64,000 nucleotides of DNA from an uncultured Actinomycetota bacterium (lineage in GTDB: Bacteria > Actinomycetota > Actinomycetes > Mycobacteriales > SCTD01). Of the stretch, positions 53,047 through 62,906 are shown in pieces (the stretch's first letter is position 1; each line of letters begins with the position of its first letter). The stretch covers positions 389,891 to 453,890 of the forward strand of contig CAWASC010000008.1 of NCBI GenBank assembly GCA_963784705.1. Reading direction: 5' to 3'. The notes beneath the pieces were generated by a model. That model did not search any database and was not told where the DNA came from. It was given only the letters and a program-made list of their open reading frames with translations. The position numbers were made by a program, and so were the translations under genes.

Positions 53047-54891
53047 GTGGTCTCGATCGGCGGGCTCGGCGCGGGCTTCGACACGGCCGCGATGGTCGAC
53101 CAGCTCATGCAGGTCGAGCGCCTGCCCGAGCAGCGTTGGAGCCAGCAGAAGGCCGCGGTGCTCAACCAGCAGAACTCCTGGACCGCGATCCGCAACAAGC
53201 TCAGCCTGGTCCAGGCCGCCACCTATCCCCTGGACACGGCCACCGAGGCCTCCGGGTCCGTCGCGACCTCCTCCGACAGCGCCTACGTCACCGCGTCGGC
53301 CGCGAACGGCGCACCGATCGGCACCACGACCGTCAAGGTGCTGCAGCTCGCCACGAGCCAGCAGCGCACCAGCACCGCGCTCACCTCCGGCACCGAGCTG
53401 GTCGGCACGTCCCGCTTCACCCTCGCCAGCGGCCTGGGCTCCCTGGGCACCGGCTTCACCGGGGTCACTGCGGACGCGGGCGTCAGCACCGGCGTCCACA
53501 GCGTCGCCGTCACCGCCGTACCCGCACCGCCCCGGCTCACGGCAGATGCCGCGCTGGCAGCCAGTACGACCTTCGCCGACGGGGCGAACACCCTCACCGT
53601 GACCGCGGCCGACAGCAGCCAGGTGACGGTGACCTTCACTGCCGGTCAGGCCTACACGCCGTCGGGCATCGTCTCGGCGATCAACGCGGCGCTGGGCGAC
53701 ACCGCAAAGGCGAGCCTGTCGAGCGGCAAGCTGGTGCTCACGGGGACACCCACCGGGCCTGCGGCCTCCCTGACCGCCTCCGGCACGGCGCTGACCGACC
53801 TGCACCTCCCGGGTACCACCGCCGTCGGCGCCGACGCCGAGGTCAGTGTCGACGGTGGTGCCGCCCAGGCCGTGACCCTGAACGGCACCGACCCGGTGCA
53901 CGTGAACGGCAAGACCGCCACAGATCCCGGCTTCACCCTCACCCCGTCGAGCCTCCTGCGTGTCGGGAAGATCGCGACGACGGTCGTGGAGACGACCGCT
54001 ACCACGACGGTGCAGCAGCTGGGCTCCATGCTGCGCGGCAACGGGTCCCCGACGAGCTCCGCGCTCATCGACCTCGGCGACGGCACGGCGAGCAGCATGC
54101 GCCTCGTGCTGTCGGCCACGGCAACCGGGTCCGCGGGGGCGTTGAGCTTCTCCGGTGACGTGCCGCCGATCCTGTCCGGGATGACGGTCTCCGCTGCGGC
54201 CAAGGACGCGAGCATCGAGGTGGCCGGCAACCTCATCACCCGCAGCACGAACACGATCAGCGACGTGATCCCTGGCGTCACCCTCGGATTGGTCAAGGCC
54301 TCCGACACGGCGCTCACCGTCGGGACGGGCCGAGACACCGCGGGGCTGACCAGCAAGGCCAAAGCACTCGTGGACGCGCTCAACAACGCTCTGGCGGAGA
54401 TCGCCACGCAGACCAAGACCTCCTCCGCCGGTGCGGCCGACCGAGGCGCCCTGGCCGGCAACGCGCAGGCACGCAGCATTGCCTCATCCCTGTTCACCAC
54501 GGCGTCGTCCGTCGCGGGCAGTGGAGAGACGGCCTCGTTGAGCGCGCTCGGCATCACGACCACGCGCGACGGACGCTTCGCCCTGGACAGCGACAAGCTG
54601 TCCACGCAGCTCACCGCTGACCCTGATGGGGTGGCTGCGGTCATCGCCCGCCTCGCCAAGAGCGCCGGGGCGCTCGTCAAGGCCAGCATCCAGACCGACG
54701 GCTCGGTCACGAACGCCGCGAAGTCCGCCGGTGAGCAGGCGACACGGCTGCAGAAGCAGATCGACGACTTCGAGGTGCGGATGGTCGCGATGCAGAAGCG
54801 GCTCAAAGCGCAGTACGCCGCCATGGACACCGCCCTGGGCACGCTCTCCCAGCGCCAGAGCCAGCTCTCGGCAGCCCTCAGCGGCCTGTAG
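53047..54891 (+). CDS. fliD: Flagellar filament cap protein
   Basis: IGGLGAGFDT..MVDQLM..E, V.QLA, TNTISDVIPGVTL, L..QY.AMD.AL. Confidence 0.93.
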   Translation: MVSIGGLGAGFDTAAMVDQLMQVERLPEQRWSQQKAAVLNQQNSWTAIRNKLSLVQAATYPLDTATEASGSVATSSDSAYVTASAANGAPIGTTTVKVLQLATSQQRTSTALTSGTELVGTSRFTLASGLGSLGTGFTGVTADAGVSTGVHSVAVTAVPAPPRLTADAALAASTTFADGANTLTVTAADSSQVTVTFTAGQAYTPSGIVSAINAALGDTAKASLSSGKLVLTGTPTGPAASLTASGTALTDLHLPGTTAVGADAEVSVDGGAAQAVTLNGTDPVHVNGKTATDPGFTLTPSSLLRVGKIATTVVETTATTTVQQLGSMLRGNGSPTSSALIDLGDGTASSMRLVLSATATGSAGALSFSGDVPPILSGMTVSAAAKDASIEVAGNLITRSTNTISDVIPGVTLGLVKASDTALTVGTGRDTAGLTSKAKALVDALNNALAEIATQTKTSSAGAADRGALAGNAQARSIASSLFTTASSVAGSGETASLSALGITTTRDGRFALDSDKLSTQLTADPDGVAAVIARLAKSAGALVKASIQTDGSVTNAAKSAGEQATRLQKQIDDFEVRMVAMQKRLKAQYAAMDTALGTLSQRQSQLSAALSGL

Positions 54892-54967
54892 GTCGAGCGC
54901 GTCCAGAAACGCACACCCACGCCCGTGCAAGGTTCGGGGGTGGAGACTCGTCCTTAGGGGTGTGCGG

Positions 54968-55456
54968 ATGACAGACGACACCGAGTTCACCCAGTTCGTG
55001 CGTGCGCACGGGGATGCGCTCCTGCGCATGACCCGGCTGCTCGTCCGCGACGAGTCGGACGCCCAGGACCTGCTGCAGACCGCCCTCCTTCGCCTGTCGC
55101 GGCGATGGCCCGTCGAGCACCCGCACGCCTACGTCCGCCAGACCCTGATCAACCTCACCCGTGACCGAAGCCGCCGACAGCACCTCGTCCCTGAACCCGC
55201 CGAGGCACGTGACGACCGCGTGCGGCCACTCCCGGACCCTGCAGACGCCCACGCCTCCCAGGCCGCCCTCGAGCAGCTGCTCTCGCTCCTGCCCGCGAAG
55301 CAACGGGCTGCCGTCGTCCTGAGGGTGGTGGAGGGACTGTCCGAGGTCGAGACCGCCGCAGCGCTGCGGTGCACCACGAGCACCGTTGCCTCCAACCTCT
55401 CTCGAGGGCTCGCCCGACTGCGCGCCCACCTCCCCGAAGGAGCGACCCATGACTGA
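54968..55456 (+). CDS. ECF sigma factor (actinobacterial SigE-like group)
   Basis: FTQFVRAH..ALLR, AQDLLQTAL, AYVRQTL.N, LPAKQRAAVVLR..EGLSE.ETA..L, TV.S..SRGLARLR. Confidence 0.88.
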   Translation: MTDDTEFTQFVRAHGDALLRMTRLLVRDESDAQDLLQTALLRLSRRWPVEHPHAYVRQTLINLTRDRSRRQHLVPEPAEARDDRVRPLPDPADAHASQAALEQLLSLLPAKQRAAVVLRVVEGLSEVETAAALRCTTSTVASNLSRGLARLRAHLPEGATHD

Positions 55457-56246
55457 GCAGACCCTTCGCGCGCTCGCGGTTGCCGGCGCTCCCTCCGTCG
55501 TCGCGTCACCGGGGCTTGCTGAGCAGGTGCTCTCCCTGAAGCGTCGCTCCGAGCGTCGACACCGCATCGGCGCCTGCCTTGCGCTGGTGGGACTGGCGGC
55601 AGGAGGTGCCGTCGCTGCGCGATCGACTGGCCCGTCGCGGTTCTACGAGACCGCCATCCCCAGCGGATCCATGGCCCCCACGCTGCGCATCGGGGAGCGA
55701 CTCGTCGCTGACCGGACGCTGAGCCCCACCCACGACGACGTGGTGCAGCTGACCATGAGCAACGGTGGGTCGCAGGGCCTGGCCGTCAAGCGCATCATCG
55801 GCATGCCGGGCGACGTGATCTCCTGCCCCCCGGGCGCGGACGGCTACTGCCACGCGTGGCAGCGCAACGATCAGGTTCTCGCAGAGCCCTGGATCGGTCG
55901 TGACGTGATGTCTGCGCCAGGCGATCCGGAGACAGCACCGGGATTCTTCGTGGACGCCGGCGATCGGATCGTCCCGTTCCCTGCCGTCACGGTCACGCCG
56001 GGGCACCTGTTCCTGCTCGGTGACAACCGCGACAACTCCGTCGACTCCCGCATCTCTGACCCTGTGCTCCAGGAGCTCTCCGGAGTGGTGGGGGTCGGCG
56101 TCGAGGTGATCGGGACGGACGGGACCAGGCGGTCGATCTCCGGCGCCCCAGCGCACGAGGCGCCTGGCGCTGGTCGCAGCACCGACCCGGTCGGGCCGCT
56201 TCCCACGAGCGACAGCGTCGTTGTGGTGACGACCCCCACGACCTGA
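55449..56246 (+). CDS. Signal peptidase I (S26) domain protein with anti-sigma-like N-terminus
   Basis: IPSGSMAPTL (Ser), VKRIIGMPGD (Lys), LLGDNRDNSVDSR; N-terminal helical segment, basic cluster, then TM helix. Confidence 0.8.
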   Translation: MTEQTLRALAVAGAPSVVASPGLAEQVLSLKRRSERRHRIGACLALVGLAAGGAVAARSTGPSRFYETAIPSGSMAPTLRIGERLVADRTLSPTHDDVVQLTMSNGGSQGLAVKRIIGMPGDVISCPPGADGYCHAWQRNDQVLAEPWIGRDVMSAPGDPETAPGFFVDAGDRIVPFPAVTVTPGHLFLLGDNRDNSVDSRISDPVLQELSGVVGVGVEVIGTDGTRRSISGAPAHEAPGAGRSTDPVGPLPTSDSVVVVTTPTT

Positions 56247-56324
56247 GCCTCGCCACGGACGGATGGGCGCTGCACTCTGGCAGGGCCGTCGGAGCGGAGC
56301 CTGTTCCCGACGCATCCCCGCTGG

Positions 56325-56625
56325 GGGCACGACGGATCCGTGAGTCCCTCCGCCCGGCCGGGAGGGTGGGCGGTAGCCACCGAGGCGAGCCCCTGGCGAG
56401 GGCAGTGAGTGCGTCGGCCGAGCGGAAGCCGAAGGCGCCGCGGGTCCTGCTGTTGGTGAACTCGACGGGGCGTTCTTTGTACCCGGGGACGAACACGGCC
56501 TGCGGGCCTCCCCAAACAGGTAGCCGCGGTGCAGTCGGGGGTCGGCGTTGACGATCAAGGCGAGCGTGGTGCGTCGCGTCGAGGTACCTCGGGTTCTCCA
56601 GAGTGCGGAGCGGGCGCCCTCGTGT
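56325..56625 (-). pseudogene. Decayed ISL3-family transposase C-terminal fragment
   Basis: Frameshifted pieces ENPRYLD...ARL / NADPRLHRGYL / VEFTNSRTRGAFGFRSADALTALA resemble the ISL3 C-terminus; eroded end GACTCACGGATCCGTC. Confidence 0.6.
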
Positions 56626-56678
56626 GCCTTCGTGAGGTCCTGTCCGTGACCGATGGCACAGCCCTTGCTCCAAAAATC

Positions 56679-56730
56679 TTATGCACAGCAGCCGAAAAGG
56701 CTTGACGCGGGTGTCGAACACAGATACGGT
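56679..56730 (+). promoter_or_regulatory. Sigma-70-type promoter with LexA half-site and upstream DnaA-box-like 9-mer
   Basis: TTATGCACA (56679); TTGACG-N17-TACGGT; TCGAAC-ACAG-ATACGG in the spacer. Confidence 0.5.
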
Positions 56731-56752
56731 CGTAAATGAGGAGGTCACCCTG

Positions 56753-58510
56753 ATGGATGCGTACGACGCCCTGCTGGTGACCTCTGACGTCCCGGAGTGG
56801 CCGGGCGGGCTGGAGTGCGAGGCCCCGTCGGTCATCCCCTCCTGGGTCCTGGAGCTGGAAGCGCAGCGGCACCACGGGTGCGCGTGCTGCGACCCGGCTG
56901 ACCTTGTCGATGCGCAGGTCGAGTGGGCTGCTCCTGGGGTGACGGGGCTGGGTCCGGTCGAGGCCGGGCCGTTGCCTGCTCCGAGCCCGGTCGTCGCGGC
57001 GTTGCTGCGGGCGGTGGAGCGGGTCGTGGCGGTGCGGCCGTCGCAGGTCGATGCGGCGCAGGCCCTGTCGGACGCGCAGGCGCTGTTGCAGGTCGAGCAG
57101 CAGCTGCGGGTCCACGACCTGACCCGCCTGGCCGATGTCCACGCCCGCGGCCTGACCGACCTGGTCGGCGCGCGGAGTGTGAAGGCGTGGGTCCGCGAGC
57201 ACCGGCCCGACGGCGACCCCGGCGACGCCCTGCTCGCGAACCGGTTGCGTGCGTTCCCGGTGCTGGACGTGGCGGTGCAGGACGGGCGGGTCAGCCTCGG
57301 AGCAGCACGCAGGACCGCGGGGGCGTTGCGGCGGTGCGGGCCACACCTGGACCACCAGGACGGACTGATCGACGGGCTACCAGGTGATCTGGTCCTGAAC
57401 GCGGTCGTGGGGAACGTCGCCGGGCTCATCTGCCGCGAGCTCCAGGGCCTGCACGACACCGACCCCCGATTGCAGCTGATCATCGACCGAGCCCAGCAGT
57501 TGCTCGCCCTCGAGGGGACGCAAGCGCAGCGGTTGGAGCACGCACTGCTGTGGCTCGCCGAGACCATCGCACCCCGCGCCCTCGCCGGGGCGTTGGACGA
57601 GATCGTCGTCGCAGTCCTCCCGAGCCTGCTGGAGGACCGCGCGGAGAAGGGCCACGAACGCCGCGGCCTGTCGATCACCGAGCTCCCCGACGGGCAGGGC
57701 TGGCACCTGTGCGGAGACCTGGACCTCGAGTGCGGCGAACGCCTCTGGACCGTCCTACGCGCCGCCGCCGCCCACGACACCCGCAACCCCGACGACACCG
57801 CAGCGTGGGCCGACGCGCGCCAGGCCGGCGCGAGCGACGCCGACGACGTGTGGGGACCCCTCGGCTCCCGGCTCAACGCCGAGGGCGTTCTCCCGAAGGG
57901 ACTGCCGCGTGGACGCCGCAAGCGACTGCACGACGCCCTCTCCAACGCCCTCGAGCGCTACCTGAGCGCCGGCCTCGGTGGGCTGGTCAGCAAGACCCCC
58001 GTCCAGATCCACGTCACGATCCCCGAAGCCACCATCACCGGAACCGGAACCGGCACTCAGCCCGACCAACGTAGACCCGGCGCCCCGCCACCGCGCGCGG
58101 ACAGCGGACGACTCCTACCCCGCTCGCTGGTCCGCAGGTGGTGGTGCGACAGCCACGTCACCACCACCGTCCTGACCCTCGGCGGCAAGGCCCTCCGCAC
58201 GATCCACTCCCAACGCACCCTCACCGCCGACGAACGCCGCGCCCTCGACCTCGAAGGCGCCGGACGCTGCGCCGGCGACGGGTGCTGCCCCGGCACCCCC
58301 GACCCCCTGACCGTCCTGCGCCCCCACCACGTCCTGGGCTACGCCGAAGACCAGACCACCAGCCTGGAGGAGACCCTGAACGTCTGCGACACCCTCCACC
58401 ACGACCTCCACACCGGCAAACGCACCGTCAAGCTCCGCGACGGCAGATGGCTCAACGAGAACGGCCTCGTCACCCACCCCACCTGGCACGACCACAACCC
58501 ACCCTTCTGA
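56753..58510 (+). CDS. DUF222 (13E12-like)/HNH-family protein, HNH motif degenerate
   Basis: GAGGAGGT RBS; R..HDAL, QIHVTI, VRRWWCD, QRTLT..ERRAL, C...GC, HHV..Y...TS, C..LHH..H. Confidence 0.7.
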   Translation: MDAYDALLVTSDVPEWPGGLECEAPSVIPSWVLELEAQRHHGCACCDPADLVDAQVEWAAPGVTGLGPVEAGPLPAPSPVVAALLRAVERVVAVRPSQVDAAQALSDAQALLQVEQQLRVHDLTRLADVHARGLTDLVGARSVKAWVREHRPDGDPGDALLANRLRAFPVLDVAVQDGRVSLGAARRTAGALRRCGPHLDHQDGLIDGLPGDLVLNAVVGNVAGLICRELQGLHDTDPRLQLIIDRAQQLLALEGTQAQRLEHALLWLAETIAPRALAGALDEIVVAVLPSLLEDRAEKGHERRGLSITELPDGQGWHLCGDLDLECGERLWTVLRAAAAHDTRNPDDTAAWADARQAGASDADDVWGPLGSRLNAEGVLPKGLPRGRRKRLHDALSNALERYLSAGLGGLVSKTPVQIHVTIPEATITGTGTGTQPDQRRPGAPPPRADSGRLLPRSLVRRWWCDSHVTTTVLTLGGKALRTIHSQRTLTADERRALDLEGAGRCAGDGCCPGTPDPLTVLRPHHVLGYAEDQTTSLEETLNVCDTLHHDLHTGKRTVKLRDGRWLNENGLVTHPTWHDHNPPF

Positions 58511-58679
58511 GCCAGAGTCGAGCTCCCTGGCTGCTCCGAGGCCGCCGCGATCCACGCTGATCACGTGCGGACGACACAAGCGGCCTGCAGACGATGGTCA
58601 ACGCTGCGCGGCGTACACCCACGGCGCATGTGCGGGGTCTGTCGGGGCCGGGGTCCCCTTCGCACCAGGGGCGATCGCG

Positions 58680-59681
58680 TCAGGAGTCCAGGCGGAGCCG
58701 GAGCACCCTGCCGTCGTCTCCGGAGGTGGTCCAGAGGCTGCCGAAGGCCCTCGTCAGGCTGCCCCCAGCGAGCGGCGCCTCCGCGGTGATGCCCTCCAGG
58801 ACACGGCCACTGTCCGCAGCGACCCTGGTGATGGTCCCCTCGGTCGACCGCAGCCAGAGGGAGTCCGCGCTGGCGACGAGGTCACCCCCCAGTCCCGCGC
58901 GAAGCCCTGGGTAGACGCTGCGCACACGCAGGTCTGGGCCCAGACGGGTCAGACCGGCGTCCGTATCGACCCAGAGGTCCTCGCCGGTCAGCACGGCCAC
59001 TCCGGGACTGGCCAGCGCGATCGTCGAGACGACGCCACCGGTGTTGGCGTCGAGAACGAAGACGCGGCCGCCCAACCGCGACGTGGCCACGACCCGATCA
59101 CCGAGCGCCGCGACCTGCTGGCACCGGTCAGCCAGGGGGTAGGCGACGGCTCGACCGGTCGCGGAATTGACGACCTGGAGCGACGCCCCGTCACCGGTCA
59201 GCAACCAGACTCCTCGTGACGTCACGGGAAGCGCCACCTGGTCGAAGATCTTCCCGGCCTTCACCCGACGCACGATCCGACCGGTCGCCGGGTCGATCCG
59301 GACCATCCCCGTTCCGTCGTCCCGCGTCGCGCAGGCCCACACCGACGTCCCGTCGGTCCCCACGCCCTGGCAGTACTGGTAGCGGTCCGCGACATCGTCC
59401 ACCTGGATCTCGCGGCTGACCGTGTTGGTCGCCGGGTCGATCTGCACGACCCGACCGTCGTCGGTCTTCACCCACATCATGCCGGCGACGCTGACGATCC
59501 CGTCCGCGTTCGCCACGCTGATCGTCGCCTCGAGGCGGCTCGCGTAGGTGCTCGTGGTGATCGGATCAGCAGCGATGGTCCGCGGAGCGCCCGAGGTCGG
59601 ACCCTCGGACGAGGGCGACGTGCATCCCGCCAGGAGGGCTAGGACGAAGGCCCAACGTGTAGCCATGACCCTTCGTGGCAT
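58680..59681 (-). CDS. Lipoprotein with beta-propeller-like (YVTN/Vgb-type) repeats
   Basis: Lipobox LAGC; repeated W-V...V.RIDPAT blades. Confidence 0.7.
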   Translation of the reverse strand: MPRRVMATRWAFVLALLAGCTSPSSEGPTSGAPRTIAADPITTSTYASRLEATISVANADGIVSVAGMMWVKTDDGRVVQIDPATNTVSREIQVDDVADRYQYCQGVGTDGTSVWACATRDDGTGMVRIDPATGRIVRRVKAGKIFDQVALPVTSRGVWLLTGDGASLQVVNSATGRAVAYPLADRCQQVAALGDRVVATSRLGGRVFVLDANTGGVVSTIALASPGVAVLTGEDLWVDTDAGLTRLGPDLRVRSVYPGLRAGLGGDLVASADSLWLRSTEGTITRVAADSGRVLEGITAEAPLAGGSLTRAFGSLWTTSGDDGRVLRLRLDS

Positions 59682-59754
59682 GTCACACCTCACCGCACTC
59701 GCGCGTCACAGCAGGCACACACGCTCCCAGACCGCACCCGGTGACGGCAACGCG

Positions 59755-62700
59755 TCAGCCGAAGACGGCCTGCACCACGCGCTCGGCGGCGTGGCCGTCG
59801 TCCCACGGGGCGAACCGGCATACGAAGGCGTCGTACGCCGCATCCCCTGCAACGGGCAGGTCCTCGTGCGCGGCGACCACGGCGGACACGTCCTCCGCCG
59901 TCCGCAGCACCGGACCGGGGAGGTCCGCCATGTCCTGGTACAGCCCGCGCTGACGGTCCCGGTAGTCCTCGAGGTCGTAGGCGAAGAAGGCCATGGGCCG
60001 CCCGGTGAGCGCGAAGTCGAACAGCGAGCTCGAGTAGTCCGTGACGAGCAGGTCGGCCGCAGCGAGCAGCTCCCCCATGTCGGGGTACCAGGTCACGTCG
60101 ACGAACGGCGTCGGCACACCCCCCGACGTCCCGGCGACGAAGCGGTGGCCGCGGTAGAGCACCACCCCGTCCTCGCCGAGCGCGTCCCGGAGCGAGGAGG
60201 GGTCGAGCATCGGCTGCGCCTCCCACGTCGCGCCGTAGCTCCACCCACCGCTGCGAGCGGCGCGGCGAAGCCCCCCGTCGCGCCAGGTCGGTGCGTGCAG
60301 CAGGACCGGCGCGTCCGGCGCGATCCCCAACCGGCGGCGCGCCTGCTCGCCCGCAGCAGCCCTGCGAAGAGGATCGGCGAGCACGTCGTTGCGCGGGTAC
60401 CCGAGCTCCAGGACCTCTCCCTGCACGCGAAACGCACGGCGCAGTACCTCGGACGAGTGGGGGTTGGGCGAGAGGACGACGTCCCACTCACCGGCGTCGC
60501 GGTCGGCTTCGCGCATGTGCTCGGGGTCGCGGGGCGACACCTCGTGCAGGTCCCAGCGCAGGCGCTTGAGCGGTGTGCCGTGCCAGGTCTGCACGAGCAC
60601 CTGCCCGGGCCGCTTCCGCAGCCACGGCGGCATGGCCTCGTTGTCGACGACCCACCGGGCCGTGGCGGCGCGCTCGTAGTGCTCCTTGCTCCCCCGGACG
60701 ACGGCGATCGCGCCCTCAGGCACCGCGACCGACAGGTCCGCGACGACCCAGTAGCGGATCGCGTCGTGTCCTGCCTCGCGCAGCGCCGTGTCGAGCGCCC
60801 GCGGACTGCAGGCGGTCGCTGTCCCGCTGTAAGAGCTGAACAGCACCGCGTGCTCGAGCGGCTGAGAGCGCGCCGCGGGGTACGTCGCCTGCTCCACCAC
60901 CCGTACGCCGTCGCGGTCTCGCTCGACGGGAACGTCCACGACGAGCGACAGCGCATCCGCAGTGGCCGCGAGCACCCGCACCGCGCAGCGCTCATCGCGC
61001 CAGGTCTGCTGATCGGCACAGAGCGCCTCGGCCGCGAGCCGAAGCGGCAGCCTTTCCGCACCACGACGGGCGACGACGGCGTACGTCCCCGACGGAAGGG
61101 GCAGCACGGGCCCACCCAGCATCGACCCGTACGACGCAAGCACTGCCCGACCGTCGACGACCGCGACCTGCTCGGTGACCCGACTCCCGTCCTGGAGGCA
61201 GAGGGTGAGGCCGGTCCCGCCCACGTGCACGGTGAGACCGGCCTCGTCGAGCACGACCGACGTCACCGTGACGCCCTCGAGCGCAGGCGGCACCGACGGC
61301 GCCGGTGCGAGCAGCGCCACCAGGCCGCCCGCGAGGTCGTCGGCGATCCGCGCGCCGGCGCGACCGTCGACCGGCCCGAGCGCGGCACTGACGGCAGCCG
61401 GATCCGGCAGCGGCGCTGAGCCTTGCCGCACCTGCTCGAGCCAGGACCGCAGCTCCGGCCAGCCGTCCGCCCGCTCCATGAGCGAGAAGAAGTCACCGAC
61501 CGCGTTCGGGCCCGGCCCGTCGGCACGGTGCAGGTAGAGCAGCGGCCGCCCGGTGACGAGGTACTCCCCTGCCAGGGACGACAGGTCGCTCATCATCGCG
61601 TCGGCCACGGTGAGAGCCGGCACGTAGTCCGGCGCCTCGTCGAGCAGCAGGTTCTCGTGCTCGGCGACGAGGCGCCGCACCGTGGACTCCACCCGGGCCT
61701 CCGCGCCACCCGTGACGGCCAGGTCCCGGAACAGCCGGAAGTGCGGGCGGAGCAGCAGGACGACGTCCCGGTGCTGCATGAACCAGCGCAGCACCGGTTC
61801 GAAGTAGGTGTCGAAGGTGGACCACCCACCGGCGCCGAGCCGGAAGTGCGGGTTCCACAGCACCACCGGACGTCCGGCGGCGTGCGCGCGCCAGGTGTCC
61901 ACGACGTCGGACGGCTCGGGCACGACCAGCCGGTCGAGCTTGGCCGAGCCCACCACGCGGACCTGCTGCGAGCCGGTTCGGCAGTGGCGGTCGTACATCT
62001 GCCGGTGCACGTCGGTCGGCACGTAGGACCGCCAGGCCAGCTGCTGCAGCGGCAGGTTCCACAGCAGCGTGTCCATGAGGTCACCGGCGATCGCGCCGCC
62101 GCCGTAGGGGACGGCCGCGAGGCGCACCCCGCGATCGGCCAGGGCCCCAGCACTCAGGCCGGGTGGGCGCATCTCGTCGTACGGGTTGTCGAAGAGCACG
62201 ACATCGACGTCGTCGAGGTGGGCGAGCAGGTGGTCAGCGCTGACCGGCTGGTAGCCCTGGTCGCGCAGGAAGGCCGCGGTACTGGCCCCCTTGCCGTCGG
62301 CGTCGCTGTCAAGGGCGACCACGAGCAGGTCGACGCGCTCGTCGGCCGCCAGGGCGGAGGCGACGGTGGCGACGGCGTTCCAGTAGCTGCGGTGCTGGAA
62401 GACCAGCGCGACGGTCGGGCGACGGAGACCCTGCGCGATCGCCAGCGCGGCCGGCACGTCGCGGCGCGCTGCCCGTTGGTCGACGCGCGCGCCGAGGAGC
62501 GCGCCCTCCAGCGCCGCGAGGCGGCCGGCCAGCTCAGGGTCGGGGGGCGTCGGTGTCAGGTGCTGGGTGAGGCCGGTGAGCAGCGCCACCGCCCGTGCCG
62601 CGTCGACGGCCGTGCTCCCGGACACCACGTGCAGTGCCGCGGGACGGGCTCGCGCCTCCGCCGCCCCGAGCAGGACCGTCTCGGGCAGGCTGCCGCCGGA

Positions 62701-62904
62701 AGCGCCGTCCAGGCAGAGCTGCTGCACCAGCAGCCCGAGCGCCTCGTCCGGCTCGTCGACGTCGGTCACGAGCAGGACGACCTGCACCGGGTCGTCCACG
62801 GTGAACAGCTGCATCGCCGCACTCACCACGACGGCGGCGGCAGCGTCGGACGGGTCGGAGAGCTCGACGAGGACGTCGACCCGCTCACCCGTCGTGGAGC
62901 CCAC
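59755..62904 (-). CDS. CDP-glycerol glycerophosphotransferase family protein with two TagF-like domains
   Basis: Domain 1: NPYD, GSAKLD, WNPH, LRPH, SDLSS..EY..TGRP; domain 2: QTWHGTPLKR, GYPRND, APTWR, TDYSSSLFDF. Confidence 0.85.
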   Translation of the reverse strand: MGSTTGERVDVLVELSDPSDAAAAVVVSAAMQLFTVDDPVQVVLLVTDVDEPDEALGLLVQQLCLDGASGGSLPETVLLGAAEARARPAALHVVSGSTAVDAARAVALLTGLTQHLTPTPPDPELAGRLAALEGALLGARVDQRAARRDVPAALAIAQGLRRPTVALVFQHRSYWNAVATVASALAADERVDLLVVALDSDADGKGASTAAFLRDQGYQPVSADHLLAHLDDVDVVLFDNPYDEMRPPGLSAGALADRGVRLAAVPYGGGAIAGDLMDTLLWNLPLQQLAWRSYVPTDVHRQMYDRHCRTGSQQVRVVGSAKLDRLVVPEPSDVVDTWRAHAAGRPVVLWNPHFRLGAGGWSTFDTYFEPVLRWFMQHRDVVLLLRPHFRLFRDLAVTGGAEARVESTVRRLVAEHENLLLDEAPDYVPALTVADAMMSDLSSLAGEYLVTGRPLLYLHRADGPGPNAVGDFFSLMERADGWPELRSWLEQVRQGSAPLPDPAAVSAALGPVDGRAGARIADDLAGGLVALLAPAPSVPPALEGVTVTSVVLDEAGLTVHVGGTGLTLCLQDGSRVTEQVAVVDGRAVLASYGSMLGGPVLPLPSGTYAVVARRGAERLPLRLAAEALCADQQTWRDERCAVRVLAATADALSLVVDVPVERDRDGVRVVEQATYPAARSQPLEHAVLFSSYSGTATACSPRALDTALREAGHDAIRYWVVADLSVAVPEGAIAVVRGSKEHYERAATARWVVDNEAMPPWLRKRPGQVLVQTWHGTPLKRLRWDLHEVSPRDPEHMREADRDAGEWDVVLSPNPHSSEVLRRAFRVQGEVLELGYPRNDVLADPLRRAAAGEQARRRLGIAPDAPVLLHAPTWRDGGLRRAARSGGWSYGATWEAQPMLDPSSLRDALGEDGVVLYRGHRFVAGTSGGVPTPFVDVTWYPDMGELLAAADLLVTDYSSSLFDFALTGRPMAFFAYDLEDYRDRQRGLYQDMADLPGPVLRTAEDVSAVVAAHEDLPVAGDAAYDAFVCRFAPWDDGHAAERVVQAVFG

Positions 62905-62906
62905 GG

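Noticed and set aside
56736-56753. 5-codon uORF (ATG AGG AGG TCA CCC TGA) overlapping the DUF222 start
   Set aside because: Fully explained as the GAGGAGGT ribosome-binding site; too short to support
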